Positions 25,917 through 42,952 of a stretch of DNA of 64,000 bases are shown piece after piece. Position 1 is the first letter of the stretch. Each line of letters starts with the position of its first letter. Below the pieces are notes generated by a model that searched no databases, was not told where the DNA came from, and saw nothing but the letters and a program-made list of their open reading frames with translations. The DNA comes from Chlorokybus atmophyticus (taxonomy: Eukaryota > Plantae > Mesostigma and Chlorokybus algae): assembly GCA_009103225.1 (NCBI GenBank), contig RHPI01000671.1, forward strand, positions 195,350-259,349. The letters are read 5' to 3'. A program made the translations under genes and the position numbers.

Positions 25917-27826
25917 ATGGCACCCAACTTGAATGTTCCGGACCTGAGGCCTGCTAGTGACGGTGCTCAGGCCATCGCCTCACCGCCTTCCGGCAGTTGG
26001 CGACGTGCGTACGTGACGCTGTTGACGGGGGAGGATTACCTGCCCGGAGTGTTGGCGCTGAAGCGCAGCCTCACGCAGACGCGCAGCCTTTACCCTCTGC
26101 TTTGCATGATCACGCCGGGTGTCACTGCAGAAACTCGCCACCAGATGGAAGAGGCTGGTGTAGGGGTGGGTGGCTTACGTTGTTGTCGTTACTTAATGCG
26201 TGCGTTTGTATGAACGCATGCTTTCATGCGAGCATAGCAAGCACCCCTGTGCATGGCTTCACTATTGGTAGCTGCAGGTGTTAGAGGTGCAGCAGTTCAT
26301 TCCTGTGCCTAAGGAGGACCTCGCACGCCTGAACTACAAAGTGGCAAGCTTTCTGGACTGCTGGTACGCAGCTTGTCCTAGTAATGGTCGTACACATACA
26401 GGCGCTCCTGGCAAGACAGTCACTGCTTTCCTGTTGACAGGCTCAAGCTGCGATTATGGGAGATGGAGAAGTATGAGACAGTTGTGTACATAGATGCGGA
26501 CATGATCACGGTTCAAAACACCGACGACCTCTTTGACATACCATTCCCAGATGGTAAGCCAGGGTTGTGCGCTAATGGTAAGCCAGGGTTGTGCGCTGTT
26601 GCAGTGCTGGTCAGTTGCATGCCTTGAAGTTCACAGTGCATGCTTGGCAGATGGCTTGCTGGCAACTCTGGACTGCTGGTGTGGCCGTCCCGTTGACGGG
26701 GACCGCTGCCCCTTCTTGTGCAGCAAGGCGCCAGCTGCTACCAGCGGCACCATCATGGACCCAATAGCGTACAGCAAGAAAGGCGGTGCGCACATCAACG
26801 GCAAAAGAGCCAACGGTTACTTCAACGCTGGGTTGATGGTGCTCAAGCCCGGTCGTGCTACCTTTGAGGTGTGAACAGTGTACCTGCAGCAAAGCAGTCC
26901 TCAACCTCTATACTGCATATGCCAAAAGTATAAAAGACGTACTCACTTACTGTGTAGCCATTTTGCACTGCTGACTCTCTGCTGCCAACCTTCACAGGAT
27001 ATGGTGCAGAACCTGTCGAACGGATACGACTTCACCAAACACAAGTTTGCTGAGCAGGCAAGGAGTTGTTGAGTTGGTTGATTTGGTTGCATGCGGTGTG
27101 GTGAAGACAGATAGTTGTGCGCTGCCTGTCAAAGGAGCAAACTGAACAAGTCGTGGCCGTTGGTCTAGTGAGCTTTGTGTCTGGATTATGCCAGTGTGCT
27201 TGGCAGGCATTGAAACCCATCCTGGCTGGCGTACTACGCCAAGGCATGATGCATTGCTGCATTGCTGATGATGCACTCTTTGAAAGATGACCGCTAGCTT
27301 GCATGCCGTCGTTGGCTTGTCTGACAAGGAACCTTGTTGCTAGACACCGATATCACTTTGGTGCTTGCAGGACTTCTTAAATGAGTACTACGCCAATCGC
27401 TGGGCAGCGCTGCCATACACGTACAATGGAATGAAGCTGCTGCCGCACTTCCACAAGGACATGTGGTCGACACCCGACCTCAAAGTCATCCACTATGTTG
27501 GCTTCAAGCCCTGGAAGTTGCCTCAGGCAAGCAGCAGGCCTCATTTTGTTGTTGCTACGCTTGATAGGTGTTGTGAAAGCAACATGCTAGAGACTTGTGC
27601 ACTTGAGTAACTTGAGAATATGCATGCATTCCAGGTGCTGGCATTGAACCCGCGCCATCAATCTGCCTCAGACTACCACCTCGCCCTGGCGTCCCTTCTC
27701 ACCAACGAGAAGAGCACCAACGATATGATGAACGCTATCAAGCACGCTGAGCTTGACGGCATCGTCACCAAGCTGCTGCTGCAGTTGTACGTGCGCTGGT
27801 GGGCCACCATGGCTGGCGCGGTGTGA
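25917..27826 (+). CDS. Glycosyltransferase family 8, galactinol-synthase/glycogenin-like
   Basis: AYVTLLTGEDYLPGVLAL, KLRLWEMEKYETVVYIDAD (DxD), LATLDCWC, YFNAGLMVLKP, FAEQDFLNEYY, LPYTYN, VIHYVGFKPW. Stop TGA at 27824-27826. Confidence 0.9.
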
Positions 27827-28606
27827 ACACGTGCGTGTATGCCACTACGAGCCGCGAGCAGCACCTAGTGTACCTGCTTTGATGACGTCGGTTTGCAGGT
27901 GCTGACTTGTTACGTTGTTACGCTGCTGCTCAATATCAGAGGTTAGGAGAAGCATACTATGTACGTAATACAGGCCACAAGGGACAAGTATGTTGGTTTT
28001 GTTTTGCAGCAAGCGTGCAGCAGTGACAGACAGGTAGGCCACAGTTGAGTTTGGTGTGTTTGTAGTAGACGCTGAGTTTTACGTTGTGGCATTGCTGCAC
28101 ACACTGGTGAAGCTACGGCAAGACAATATGCAACAAACACTCGCTCTCTCTTGTGACTGCTAGTACTGATATTGTGGCAACCGAAAGCAATGCTTGCTCA
28201 TTGCTGCATGCGAGTTGGCCAACCTGCCATTTGTCTTACAGTGCAGCCGGCACTATTGGAGCGAGTTGGTGCTCCCTGCTGGGCCATCAAGGCTTCATGG
28301 GTAACGAGTTGCTGCTGTATCTAGAATTCTGTAACTGTAACTGCTGCTTAAAAGTGGTTCGACATGCTTGTGAACTGTTTTGAATCTGCTGCCCGGGGCA
28401 GTGGCGTCACTCTTCTTGCAGACAATCAGCATAGTACTGCCGTAGCTATCCAGCACACTTCCCTGGTACTGCGTGCAGGTGCGTGCACGAGAGGCAGCTC
28501 TGCAGTATATGCAAGTGAACAGAAAATGCGCGACACGTATGCACATGCACGACACATGCAATGGACCCAGCATGATGTCAACATGCTGTTCACACTTTTC
28601 ATGTAG

Positions 28607-29165
28607 ACCACCGGGCTACTACTTCTTACTTACCTCACCATTTACTCTACTACCCACACCCCGTTAGCCATAGCAGTCAGTACATGCATGTAGTACCTGC
28701 CCACATGGGCCGTGGTCAGCGGTTGATAGTTGCCCACAACGTCAACATGAGCAGCAGCGACGACAACTCCCTCGCCCTCTCCTCCCCCTCCGCCTCCCTG
28801 CGCTTCTGCCGCTTGCTCCGCTGCTTGCGGTCTTGTGCTGCGTCAACCCTCACGCACTGTCCACGTCCGCAGCGCTGTGCGTGCAGTGCTGGTGGCACTG
28901 GGCTTGTGCCATTCATGTTTGCTCTTGTGCAGTGCATGTTCTGGTTCGGTTGGGTTCGGTTGCGTTGGGTTGGGATGGGTGGTGTGCATAACATTATCGC
29001 TGGCATTCTGAGACGTCGTCCCTGACTGCCAAACAGAACACGCTACCATGTACGAGTGTACTGCATGGGGTGCAGTACAGCGAGAATCGCTTCCTACTGC
29101 GTCAGTCACACCTCGCTGGCCACCGTTGGTGACCCACAGCACACATGTATAGGTAGCCCGGTGGT
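28607..29165 (-). mobile_element. Complete 559-bp element with perfect 13-bp TIRs (ACCACCGGGCTAC)
   Basis: ACCACCGGGCTAC at 28607-28619 and GTAGCCCGGTGGT at 29153-29165. The interior is homologous to 8977-9599, 20235-20417 and 34421-34720. Confidence 0.8.
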
Positions 29166-29879
29166 GTAACAAGTTGTTGTTTGCTGGCGTGTGCGAGTGC
29201 GCTTGTGTTTGCATGTGTCATGCATGTGCACAATGCAATGGGGTCACATGCATAGCATTGCATATACGCTACACATCCACATGTGGCACACTGTGGGCTC
29301 AGCATGCACAGTACGCTGCCGCCACTGACTGAAACAGAGAAAACCCCTCTGCATGTCACATGTTCATGTCCATGGCCTGTGCATTGACCGTCACTGGGTC
29401 CGACACTGATGTGTGGGTGCTGTGAGCGTAGGTATACTTTGTCTGCAGCGCCCTCGCGGCTTTCATCGTGCATTATGGTTATGACCAAGCTGGCTTGTCC
29501 GCTCGTTCAAAGTGGCGCTGTGCTGGAACCCATGTACATTGGCCTGATGTAATGCTGCTTGCATTTCAAGGCAAGCTGCAACATGCAAGCTGCGGCCTCT
29601 GCCTGCCTCATGCTTGCATGTGTGTGATAGAGCATAGGGTTCCGGCCAACCCATTGCTCGTTGCTGCTGTCCGGCCATTCCGAGCATGCACGATGTCATA
29701 GGAATCATCTGCAGCGACCGTGACATACAAGCACAAGCCTTGCGGCGCTCTGATCAAGACTGCAGTCCGCATAATGTGCTATACAACGCCCGCACCACAT
29801 GCAGTGGACCCCGCCAGGTCAGTCACGCCGAACAGCAGGAACAAACATGAACACATGCTTGTTGCATACATCGCTTGTA

Positions 29880-30185
29880 CTGCTGTACACATTCTGTACA
29901 CACACCCAACCCCACCACCCAACCCCACCGCCTAGGCCTGACTGCCAGCAACTGGGGACCCCTGCGCACTGCAGTGCTGACGTGGGCACTGAGCCGCAAG
30001 GGTTGCGTCGCCAGGGAGCGCAGCAGCAGAGGGCGGGAGACAGAGGAGAGGGAGGGGGAAGGGCGGTGTGGTGGCGGAGAAGAGAGAGGCGGGCGCAGAG
30101 GGGGGAGTCCTGCTGGTCTGTTGTCGTTGCCACTGCTGCCGCGTTGTACAAAACTGACTGCAACCGCACTACAGGCAGGTACCGA
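29880..30185 (+). mobile_element. Internal fragment of the same TIR family
   Basis: Shares ccaaccccaccacccaacccca, gtgctgacgt, the GA-rich tract and gggggagtcctg with 9240-9450. Confidence 0.55.
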
Positions 30186-30197
30186 TGCCACGCACAT

Positions 30198-32137
30198 TCA
30201 CTTCGATTGTTCCTCGCCCTTCGACACTGCTGCGCTGGCTTCTCTCACCATCTCCACCATGATTTGCTTGACCTCGCTGCGCGGAACAAAGGAATGCAAG
30301 GAGTAACACTTAGCAACACCACACCACAACAGGCAGGCCACTGCAGTAAGACAACCAGCTACTGACCCGCGAGTCTCAGCCGGGCGGATGAAGGGAACGC
30401 GCACTTGCCACTCCTGGCCGTCTTTCTTCGCCTGCACGGAATCATCAACATCACATGCGTGTACATCACAACATTGACCAATCGATCCATCTGTAGACAG
30501 TTGGACAACTGTGCATACCATAACCTCCATGCCCAGATAGTCAATGTCCTTTAGCCTGGCAGAGTCCACCTGCCCCGACAACAGTAGATATGTTACACTC
30601 ATTGCACAGACATCAAGTGCGTATGGTGTACAAGATGAACAGACATTACATAAGCAGCAAATACATGTAGATTGTGCTGAAGTGCGCTTACCTCCTCTCC
30701 AAGATAGTGCCGCACATAAGCTGCAATGCTGTCCCCGTGATCCGCGTTCATGTGGCCCTACCACAGGCGAGTCAGACACGATGAAGCAGCAAACATACCA
30801 CAACATGCCAGCAACTTACCATGATAGGTGCAGCGAAAGGAGCGATCGGATCTGGCCTGGCTTCAAAATAATCCTTACTGGACAGCACTGCACAAGAATG
30901 CAGTGGCAGGTTAAGGTTCTAAACAAACTTGTGTAGGACAAGTAGGGCCGACAGGCACACTGCAACAATGGCACATGCAATATTGTAGCATGCGTTAACA
31001 ATGGCACACTGCAATAGAAATGACAACTTACCCTGAAACCGTGCAAAGCCCCCGTTGTAGAACGCGCCAACCACTTGGTCCAAACGCCAGAGCCCAAAGT
31101 CCCCAAAGTTGACCTAAAATTCATAGAAATGAGATAAGGAAAGGAGGGTACGGGGATAGCTACATGCATGCATGCATGCATACCCAAAATGCATCAGGAT
31201 GTTTGGTAAGGAATGTCTCTTTGCACGCGGCTTCTTCCTCAGCTTTGACCTGCGGCACCAGTATGGAATGCGTGGGTGCTATGGTAAGGATACGCATTAA
31301 AGATTATGAAAAGCGGCTGTGGTATCGCATACCCACCTTTCGCACAGAGCCAATGAGCGTCACGCGTGCATCTGCCATGCCTTGAAAGCCGTTTGCCATG
31401 ACCGTCACACTGCACCGCGGGTCCACAACAATGTCCTGCCAGCAACTGTTGCAGTACTGTATTGCCCTTGTAATGGCACGCACGCTGTACTGCAGCATGT
31501 AGTCACCTTCCAATGCTGCGAAATGCTGCTGAAAGCAAAGATCGGGCGGCCCTCATCATCCGTCGCATATGACACAACGCTTCCCGACGGGTGCCCTTCA
31601 AACAACTGCAGCAAGCTTTTCAACTTCTTTTTCATGTTGGAACAACAGGTAGCACTGTTCTGGAGTGATGACATGCGTGTACCTTTGAGTGCGTAGAGAA
31701 CACTGCCAACTTCTGTATGTTTACGAGCGTGCGTGCGGCTTCAGCTGCTGACGGCCTCGCCGCCGGCGCCTTTGCGTCTGCACCCGTTGCAGAGGAAGAA
31801 GGCGAAGAAGCCATCGCCCTCACGGATGAACCCGCAATTGCCCTGTATTGAAAGTTTCATGATTGTTGTTCCCGACATTAAGAATCGTCAACACAACACC
31901 ATGCATGTCACCAATATTGCATGTCACACGAGCAAGATGTACAAGCTGACAACATCTGTACCAGCTTCTGCGGCGCAGGGAGTGTGTAGTAGGTTGTGGC
32001 TGTGCTGTTGGGTGTGTGATGGGCTTGTGGGTGCGTTGAGAGAGCGAAACCCTTATTGCTGAGGGGCGAGGCAGCTGGCGAAGGTGCTGGTGCAAGCCCA
32101 CAACAGCTACAGCCGCTGGTGAGTGCACCCCGAGCAT
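30198..32137 (-). CDS. Plastid HugZ-like heme-binding split-barrel protein with DUF2470 (HOZ-like)
   Basis: Transit-peptide-like N-terminus, then GHPSGSVVSYATDDEGRPIFAFSSISQHWKDIVVDPRCS, HPDAFW, PDPIAPFAAPIMGHMNADH, LKDIDYLG and VRVPFIRPAETRSEVKQIMVEM. The motif order matches the plant HOZ family as I recall it. Confidence 0.85.
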
Positions 32138-32705
32138 TGTTATTGTATCGATCCTGAGACAGCAACAAACGGGTGATAGTGGCGAGATGATAGACAGGGC
32201 GAGCGAAAGAAAGGCAGACGTGACCACATCAAAGGCGTAAGCTACAGCTATATATGCAGTACAAGGGTGGGCATGCAAAGTTTTACCCAGCCCAGAAAGA
32301 AACTGCGTTATACACAGACTTGGCTCGCAGCGAAGATTAGAGTTTGCTTAATATCAACACTTACAATCCCAAATACTTACTATTCAACCATACCACCGCA
32401 AAGCATCAAGTAAGCCTGCGTGCACGCACATGCTGAGCTGCGCCCGACAGCTCGTAAACTCAGCGTAACTGTCATGCACCTACAACAAGCAGCAGCTTCG
32501 ATGCCTATGCGGCTTACCAGCAGAGCAGGAGCTGCTGCAGCAACGACCGCCGAAAGCAGCGACGGCGATGTCGTCACCGCCAACCGCAGGCGACGCTGCG
32601 TAACTGAATGCGGAACACGCGTCATCAGAAGGTAATCGACTTGCGGTAAGTCACCCATGCATCAATTACGCCGGCTTGTCGTCGTTGACGTTGGTGGCTT
32701 TGTCC

Positions 32706-33790
32706 ATGGCGGCGGCGGCAGGGCAGTGCAGCTCGTTAAGCAAGTGTGCTGCTTCCCCTCCTCCGTGCTGCTCCGCTCTGCTGTCAAGACCCTGCCCTGG
32801 TCGCAGCCGGCCGGAGCTGAGGAGGGGGATAGCTTCGCCCCTCCACCATACCGCTGGCGCCGCCCTCCAGGCCAGGACGAGGAGCAGAGTTACAGGTAGA
32901 GCTGCCCAAACATGCTGGCGATCCACTACAAAGTGAGTATTGCAGCTTAACATGCGGAAGTCAGCGTGTGGAGCTGTGCTTGTTCACGTACACAAGCATG
33001 CATGCATTGTGTGCCAAGCAGGTGCATAGCTGATCCGTGGGGGGCGAGCGTGGACGCGTCGAACTTGGCGAGCCAGTTGTTTGCGTTCTCTCTGTTCCCG
33101 TATCTGGGCTTCCTGTACCACCTCACACGCTCCAAGTCCACCCCCACCCTCGCCCTCATTGGCTTCTACTTCCTCCTTGTTTTCGTCACCGCCACAAGTA
33201 CTTACTCTGCTACTACACTGGTTGAAGCTGTATGCATGCTTGCGCTGTCGGCGAGTTCATGGCTGAAATCTGCATGCTTTGTTCCCACTGCAGTTCGTTC
33301 GGTACTAACTCCTGTCTCTGTGTGCTCCTTTGTTCTCGCCAACCACGCGCGGTGCAACAGTTCCTGCTGGTATATATGGTGAGTTGACCAGGTCGACAGA
33401 ATAGATGCATACATGGGCGTGTTTTGTGGTAACGCTAGGCATACATGAACAGATGTTATGGTGCATGCAAGCTCAAATGTTTGCAATTGAACAAATTCAC
33501 AGTAACACGCCATTCATCGCATGATACTGCATCGTATGGCACCATATGTTGCTTCTCGCGCACATGCTGCTTCACGCGCACAACACCGCTAACAATGGTT
33601 TCCCTGTTTGGCAGCTAAGACACATTACCACACCGCTCTTGCCAACGTGGATTGGCTGCATGGCAGCGCGGAGTCCATGTTGACGGTCACCAATCTGCTG
33701 GTGGTTCTCGGCATGCGCAAGGGCCTGCGCGAAGCCACCCGCGCGAGCATTGAGGCGCCTTCGCAAGACATTACGGACAAGGTGGAATGA
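32706..33790 (+). CDS. DUF3593 family membrane protein, plastid-targeted
   Basis: LFAFSLFPYLGFLYHL, GFYFLLVFVTATIPAGIY and LANVDWLHGSAESMLTVTNLLVVLG are the conserved cyanobacterial/plant DUF3593 motifs. The N-terminus is Ser/Arg/Ala-rich like a transit peptide. Confidence 0.88.
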
Positions 33791-34420
33791 TTGCTTGAAT
33801 GCTTCGCCTTGTGGTAGATGAGAGTAGCTGTGTTGGTTGTTCCGCAGGTCTTATGTAAGTTATGCGTCACGCATGTTGTTACTTAAATCATGCGGATATT
33901 TATGTATACGAAGTGGTGTTGTCCCCATTACTGTCGCACACAACCGACATTGTCATGCTGTATGATCGGCAGGTTGATATCGCCTAGTTCATGCATTACC
34001 AACGACACAGCCATCATATCAGCCACTTTAATACTTACCGCAACGGCATCGTACCTGTTCCGCTATAGTCGAAGGCGCCATGGTTCCGCTTCTTAAGGAA
34101 GCAACTGTGCAGTGGCATGACAGCAAAATCATGTGTCCATGGTGCTTAATGTATGTACAATGTTGAGATATGGTTTGTAGGCAAAAACGATTGCAATGGA
34201 TGCGTGAGACATGTTCCACCAACCATGCTTGAAATGATTTGTTGCTAAACCTGCTAATCAGCTTCTTGCTAACTAATACCATGCTTTCAGTATAACCATG
34301 GTACATGAATTGCTTCACAGCATGGGTTCTTTGTAATAGATATGCTCGAGGCAGTTTTGTACATGCATTATGCAGAAGCGCATAAGCGCACACACAAACA
34401 GCATGCAGGCATGATCATAT

Positions 34421-34720
34421 GCCACCATCGGGCTAATATCTATTGCTTGTTGCTACCTAACATGCTACACTACCCTAGACCTCCCCGTTAGACATGCATA
34501 CATGCATTTTAGTGTCCATTACCTGCACAACAGGCAGCATGGCAGCGTCAACCACGGTCTTCAGTGCTGTAGCAGAGCAGCAGCTGCAAAGGAGCATGCA
34601 GCATGCCCATATGTCTCTCCACCTCCCTCCGTCCTCCTCCTCCTCTTCCCTCCTCCTGCTCCTCCACCACCTCCACCTCTCCCACCTCTCCCACCTCCCT
34701 CTCTTCTTCTTCCTCTTTAG
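34421..34720 (-). mobile_element. Degenerate copy of the CCACCGGGCTAC TIR family
   Basis: gccaccatcgggcta...ctccccgttagacatgc...attacctgcac followed by a CT-rich tract, matching the reverse complement of 9400-9599. Confidence 0.6.
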
Positions 34721-36149
34721 TTGCTGCCGCGACTGTAACCCTTGCCATTGCTGGCGTGGTCGGGCCCCTCTACCCTGCCCCTTTGCCCTGTGTTAATTAA
34801 GCAGCTTAGTACCCATTATATCGCACGGCCATCATGGTAATCCTCGGTCAACGTAACCATGCTGTAATGGCTTACCTACATGCACAAATCCAAAGATTCG
34901 CCGTGGATGACACCATTATTAAGTACAGCTTCAACCAAGTAAAGTTATGGCAGTCACCCGATTGGGCCGAATGCGTCATTTCTTTTTATATCATATGGCA
35001 TGCGGTTTTGCAAATCTACAAAATAAACATCCGATGATTTCTTGACACTACTTGTAAACACAAATAAATAATTATTATCAAAAAGCAATTGCCGTTCCAA
35101 GTACACTGCATTTCATAGGCTTTTAAGCATCATGTGGGTACATTGTGTGCCGGCAGTGTGGGTAATGTGTATAACATGTATCATGTTAGATTTTGCGTAA
35201 TGATCAATGTGCACTGCATATGTGATTGTAAATGTGACATCAAAGGATGTAATCAATGTTAATGTCGATTATAGTACTGATTCGTGCATACAACATGTGT
35301 GGCATGCATTTGTTGCAATAATGTCGTCATGATTGTTCATGACCCAAAGTACAAATCATGCACAGCAAGTGTTGTCTATTCTTTGATATGCATATGGTAC
35401 AAACTTGGCTCAATCACTCACATACATTACGCTGCGTCAAACTGCATCAATTTAGCAGCGATTATATAGAGTAATTTTACGCATAGTGTATGAAAATACC
35501 ATGTGTATATACGGTTTCATGAACTTCATTATATGTTGATTAAGCTATGCCATGCTTGCAAATCATGCAGCTTCATGCAGCTTCAAAGTGCGTTCGAGTA
35601 ATGCGTTTTTCCATTTTTATTTCTTCAAACATTGATCGTGCTACACCTATCAACCCTCATATTTACAAGCTTAATCACTATATGCAAGTTGAAAGCAGGC
35701 CACTGGCTTTCAGGTAGGCTACTAGATAGCCTATCTTGTAGCCTGTCTGAAAACTATGGCATTGTATACATGTTGGCCATGGCTGTAGATTGTGAGTTGA
35801 AAAGAGTTGCCAAAAGAATAACTGAGAGATTTTCGCAGCGGAAATCTCTATCGCATGCGCGTGCATATTGGGGTCGACTCGCGAGGGAGACACTGAAGAT
35901 CGCCAACAGTTTCGCTTCCAGCAGAAAGCGCAGCCTTTGCCGCTCTGAGTCCGTTGGCAAGGCACGCATTGGCGGCGCCTACGGAGGTGGTGGCGGCGGC
36001 GGCGGCGGCCGGAGCATTGGCGAGGTGGTGTGACCCTTGGAGGACGCCGCCATCACTGGTGGGTGGTCGTCCGGGAGGTAGCCATAGCCATGCACGCCTA
36101 GCAGCGAGAATAGCAGTTCGCCGGCCGGCCAGCCAGCCCGGGCGGCAGC

Positions 36150-37687
36150 ATGGCGCCGACGACGGCGCCGTTATTGCCGACGGCGGCAGTGGCCGTGGCT
36201 GCGTGCTTCCCAACCTCGCTGGCAGTGCGCCTGACCGTCGCCGCCTCCGCCTCGCACAAGAGCAGCAACCGGAAGCTGCGGGCACCGCTGCTGCGCCGCA
36301 CATTGCTGTTGGCCAGCCGACAGGTGCGGCTGTCGGCGACGTCGCCACCGGCGCGCACACCACTTGCACGGCGGCAGCAGGCGAGTTCCTGTTGTCGTTG
36401 TTGTTGTGCGCCGCCGTCGTGCAATCCAGCATCCCAGCTGCTGCGCGTTCTTTGCCGCGAAATGCACGTGCTGTAATCATGTGGCAGGCTGCACGCATTC
36501 AGTTGCTGTCCAGTTAACCTTCCGGCGCCCGTAAATGCATGCGTGTGCATTGTGCTATCTGCACTCGATTTAGGTTTAGGGTTATGAGTGTGGTGTTCTG
36601 TGCTGCTAGGTGTGTGCAATTAACCGAGTGTTGTGTTGCTGGTTGTGCAGTTGCGTGTCTCTTGCTCCAAGCAAGAGCATGGCCCAGCAGACAGCACTGA
36701 GGGAGCTCCGGAAGCCTGCGCTGCAAGTATGCGAGTCGGTGAAAGTGAAGACTATGCTGCCCTACCATCCAGCTCTGAGGTGTTGAGAGGTGGCAGCTCT
36801 TCCGCCGTGATTGAATTCAACCCACCCTCCGATCTTGAGTACCTGCAAGAACTAGTCGCCATCCAGCAAACGGGACCAAAGGCCATTGGCTTCTTTGGCA
36901 CCCGCAACATGGGTTATCTTTACCAACAACTCATTGAAATCTTGAGCTATGCTATGGTTCTCACGGTATGTCAGCAAATGTGTCATTGTTCGCGCATTCA
37001 GTGACACAATTGCTCTTGTTTCTTGTGGACTGGACATGCTTGATACAATTGGAGATTGAGATTCTGCTGCTGTTGCGCACAGAAAAACCACATCTACACT
37101 TCTGGGGCCACTGGCACCAATGCTGCGGTCATCAGGGGTGCTCTGCGAGCGGAGAAACCCGACTTGCTCACAGTTGTGCTGCCCCAGTCGCTCAGCAAAC
37201 AACCATCAGAATCCCAGGAGCTGCTCAAGCAGGTGAGCTGGCATGCACTCACTACACACAGTGCAATGGCCCTCCAATACTTGGTTGGAGTGTGCGTGTA
37301 CTTGAAATGCGCGACACAAGCGTGTGTGGAAGGCGTTGTAGCTCTGTTATTAGTTGGAAGGTGCCGTTGGTGGGTTGCTCCACAGCTCACCAACATGCTT
37401 TGCTCCACTGCAGGTGAAAAATGTCATTGAGATGCCCGAGAACGACGGCATGACGCTGATGGAATCCAGCAGGTGTGTTGGGTCACAGTTGAGTAGCTGC
37501 ATTAGCCCAACTTTTGCTGAGTTTGCCAGTGCCTCATACATACTTGCGCAGGATTTGCAATGATGAGATTGTCTCAAGGGTACAACAAGTCATCTGCTTT
37601 GCTTTCCACGACAGCCACCTGTTGATGGAGACCTGCAGCAAAGCCACAGCCATGCGTAAGATTGTCACACTATTTTATTTGGACTGA
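36150..37687 (+). CDS. Plastid-targeted DprA/SLOG-like Rossmann-fold protein (cyanobacterial type)
   Basis: YLQELVAIQQTGPKAIGFFGTRNMGYLYQQLIEILSYAMVL, HIYTSGATGTNAAVIRGALRAEKPDLLTVVLPQSL, ICFAFHDSHLL and KIVTLFYLD*. Five exons with a transit-peptide-like first exon. Confidence 0.85.
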
Positions 37688-39281
37688 CTGCCACGTTGCC
37701 TCACCAGCCGGACAGTCGCACTCGACCAGCAGATTGCACTAGCGCAGCTCTAGTTGTTTTGTTTTGCTGCTGAGATACATGCCGCGATTGCTGAACTCCA
37801 GTATCAGCATTGTCGCTCAGCTACTGCAGTAGTATGTTGCCAGATGATTGCACACATTACAGCAGGATCAGCATCAGGAGTGCTCTCGAAATGCATGATT
37901 GGTTTCACAGTTGCTTGGGTTGCGGTCATCAAGATGTTGTGGGAGAACCAAGCCAGCACGAGTTATGTAGTACACACCAAAGCAGGTAAACAACACGCAT
38001 CTTCGTGCGGAATTGCCATTCTTTTATATACACACCTAGTGCATTTACTCAAGATTGTGCGTGAGTGCTGCATGAGATATTCACCTGGATGGTTGTCTAT
38101 ATGCATTTGATAACTGCGTGAAGGCCATGCTCTACAAGCTTTGATGTTCTATACCTGAACTGGTTGGTCACCTGAGGATAAGAAATACAGCACTAGTCCA
38201 TTCGGTCGTAACCAACATGTACATCGACAATTGCTTGTGAAAGACCAACATGTGCCGCGTGCATGCAACACAACCCGACGCGTTATGCAGTGCCTGTTCA
38301 TCTGCAACTGTGGCGCTCCCTACCTGGTCAATTTAGGGTACTGGCCATGTAGTTGTGGTGTTGCTAGTTGGATTATCCCCGCGTCAGGCCTCCCGCTTGA
38401 TGGCACCTTGTACGTATGCATGTGGTGCCTTCTGTTGGGCTGTATGGCGTCAATGACTACGTACTCACTCACGCACGCAGTGGAGTGCCGGTCTGCACAA
38501 CTGCAAGCATGCAGCAGTTGCAAAACAACTACAGCTGGAGTTAGGTGCCGACGTTGGCGCATCCAGCTACTCTATTGACCGCCCAGGCATGAGAGTCAGC
38601 GTCACATGCGTTGAAGCAGAAAGGGCGCCGCATTGCCGCCTCGTCCCCTCGTCCTCTTACAGGACGGCGACTGTGTGCGCCGCAGCAGCAGGCAATGCCC
38701 ACACGTCGCTTGAACTAGGCTCAGGCTTTCAATGGATTGCTTGCTGGTTGCTGCTCCAGCAGCAAGCAATGCTGGCCTGCTTGCCTGCCAGCGTGTCACA
38801 CCGCAGCGTACTTGTTCCGACTGACGTTTGGCGCACGTCAATCAGCTGCATTGCAGCCTAGAAGCGATTTGGTCGTTCTACTTGTCAGGCTGCGCGCATT
38901 GCAGGCGGCTGATGGGAAAGCTGGCGAGTCGCAGCTGCTGCAATGAAGGCTTTTCAGCAATTGGACCCAAATATAGGGATACTGGTTGCGGCCTCAGCAA
39001 GCGGCGCTTCAGGCTTGTCCTTCTGGCTGCTTCCTGACCTGACAGGCCATCTCAGCATGGACGCGTCGGCTGCTGCCTGCGGCTTCTTCTTCCAGACGCT
39101 TCCAGTCTCGTGCATACGACTGGCTGAGCCTATGAGCACTCTGAGTATGAGGCTGCAGTGTTGCATGCCATTGTAGTGTGTTGCTGTGAAGCCAGCCTAA
39201 GTTGCTTGCTTGCAGTGAGTAGCCAGCTGTTTGTCTGGGAGCGAAGAATAAAGCGACACAGAGAGGTAATCACCCAAAAGC

Positions 39282-42952
<3,671 letters not shown>

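Noticed and set aside
38540-39176. Protein-like short ORFs upstream of HSP70 (for example KKKPQAAADASMLRWPVRSG on the - strand)
   Set aside because: I could not build a spliced frame or recognise a domain; this may be HSP70 leader sequence or a degraded gene.
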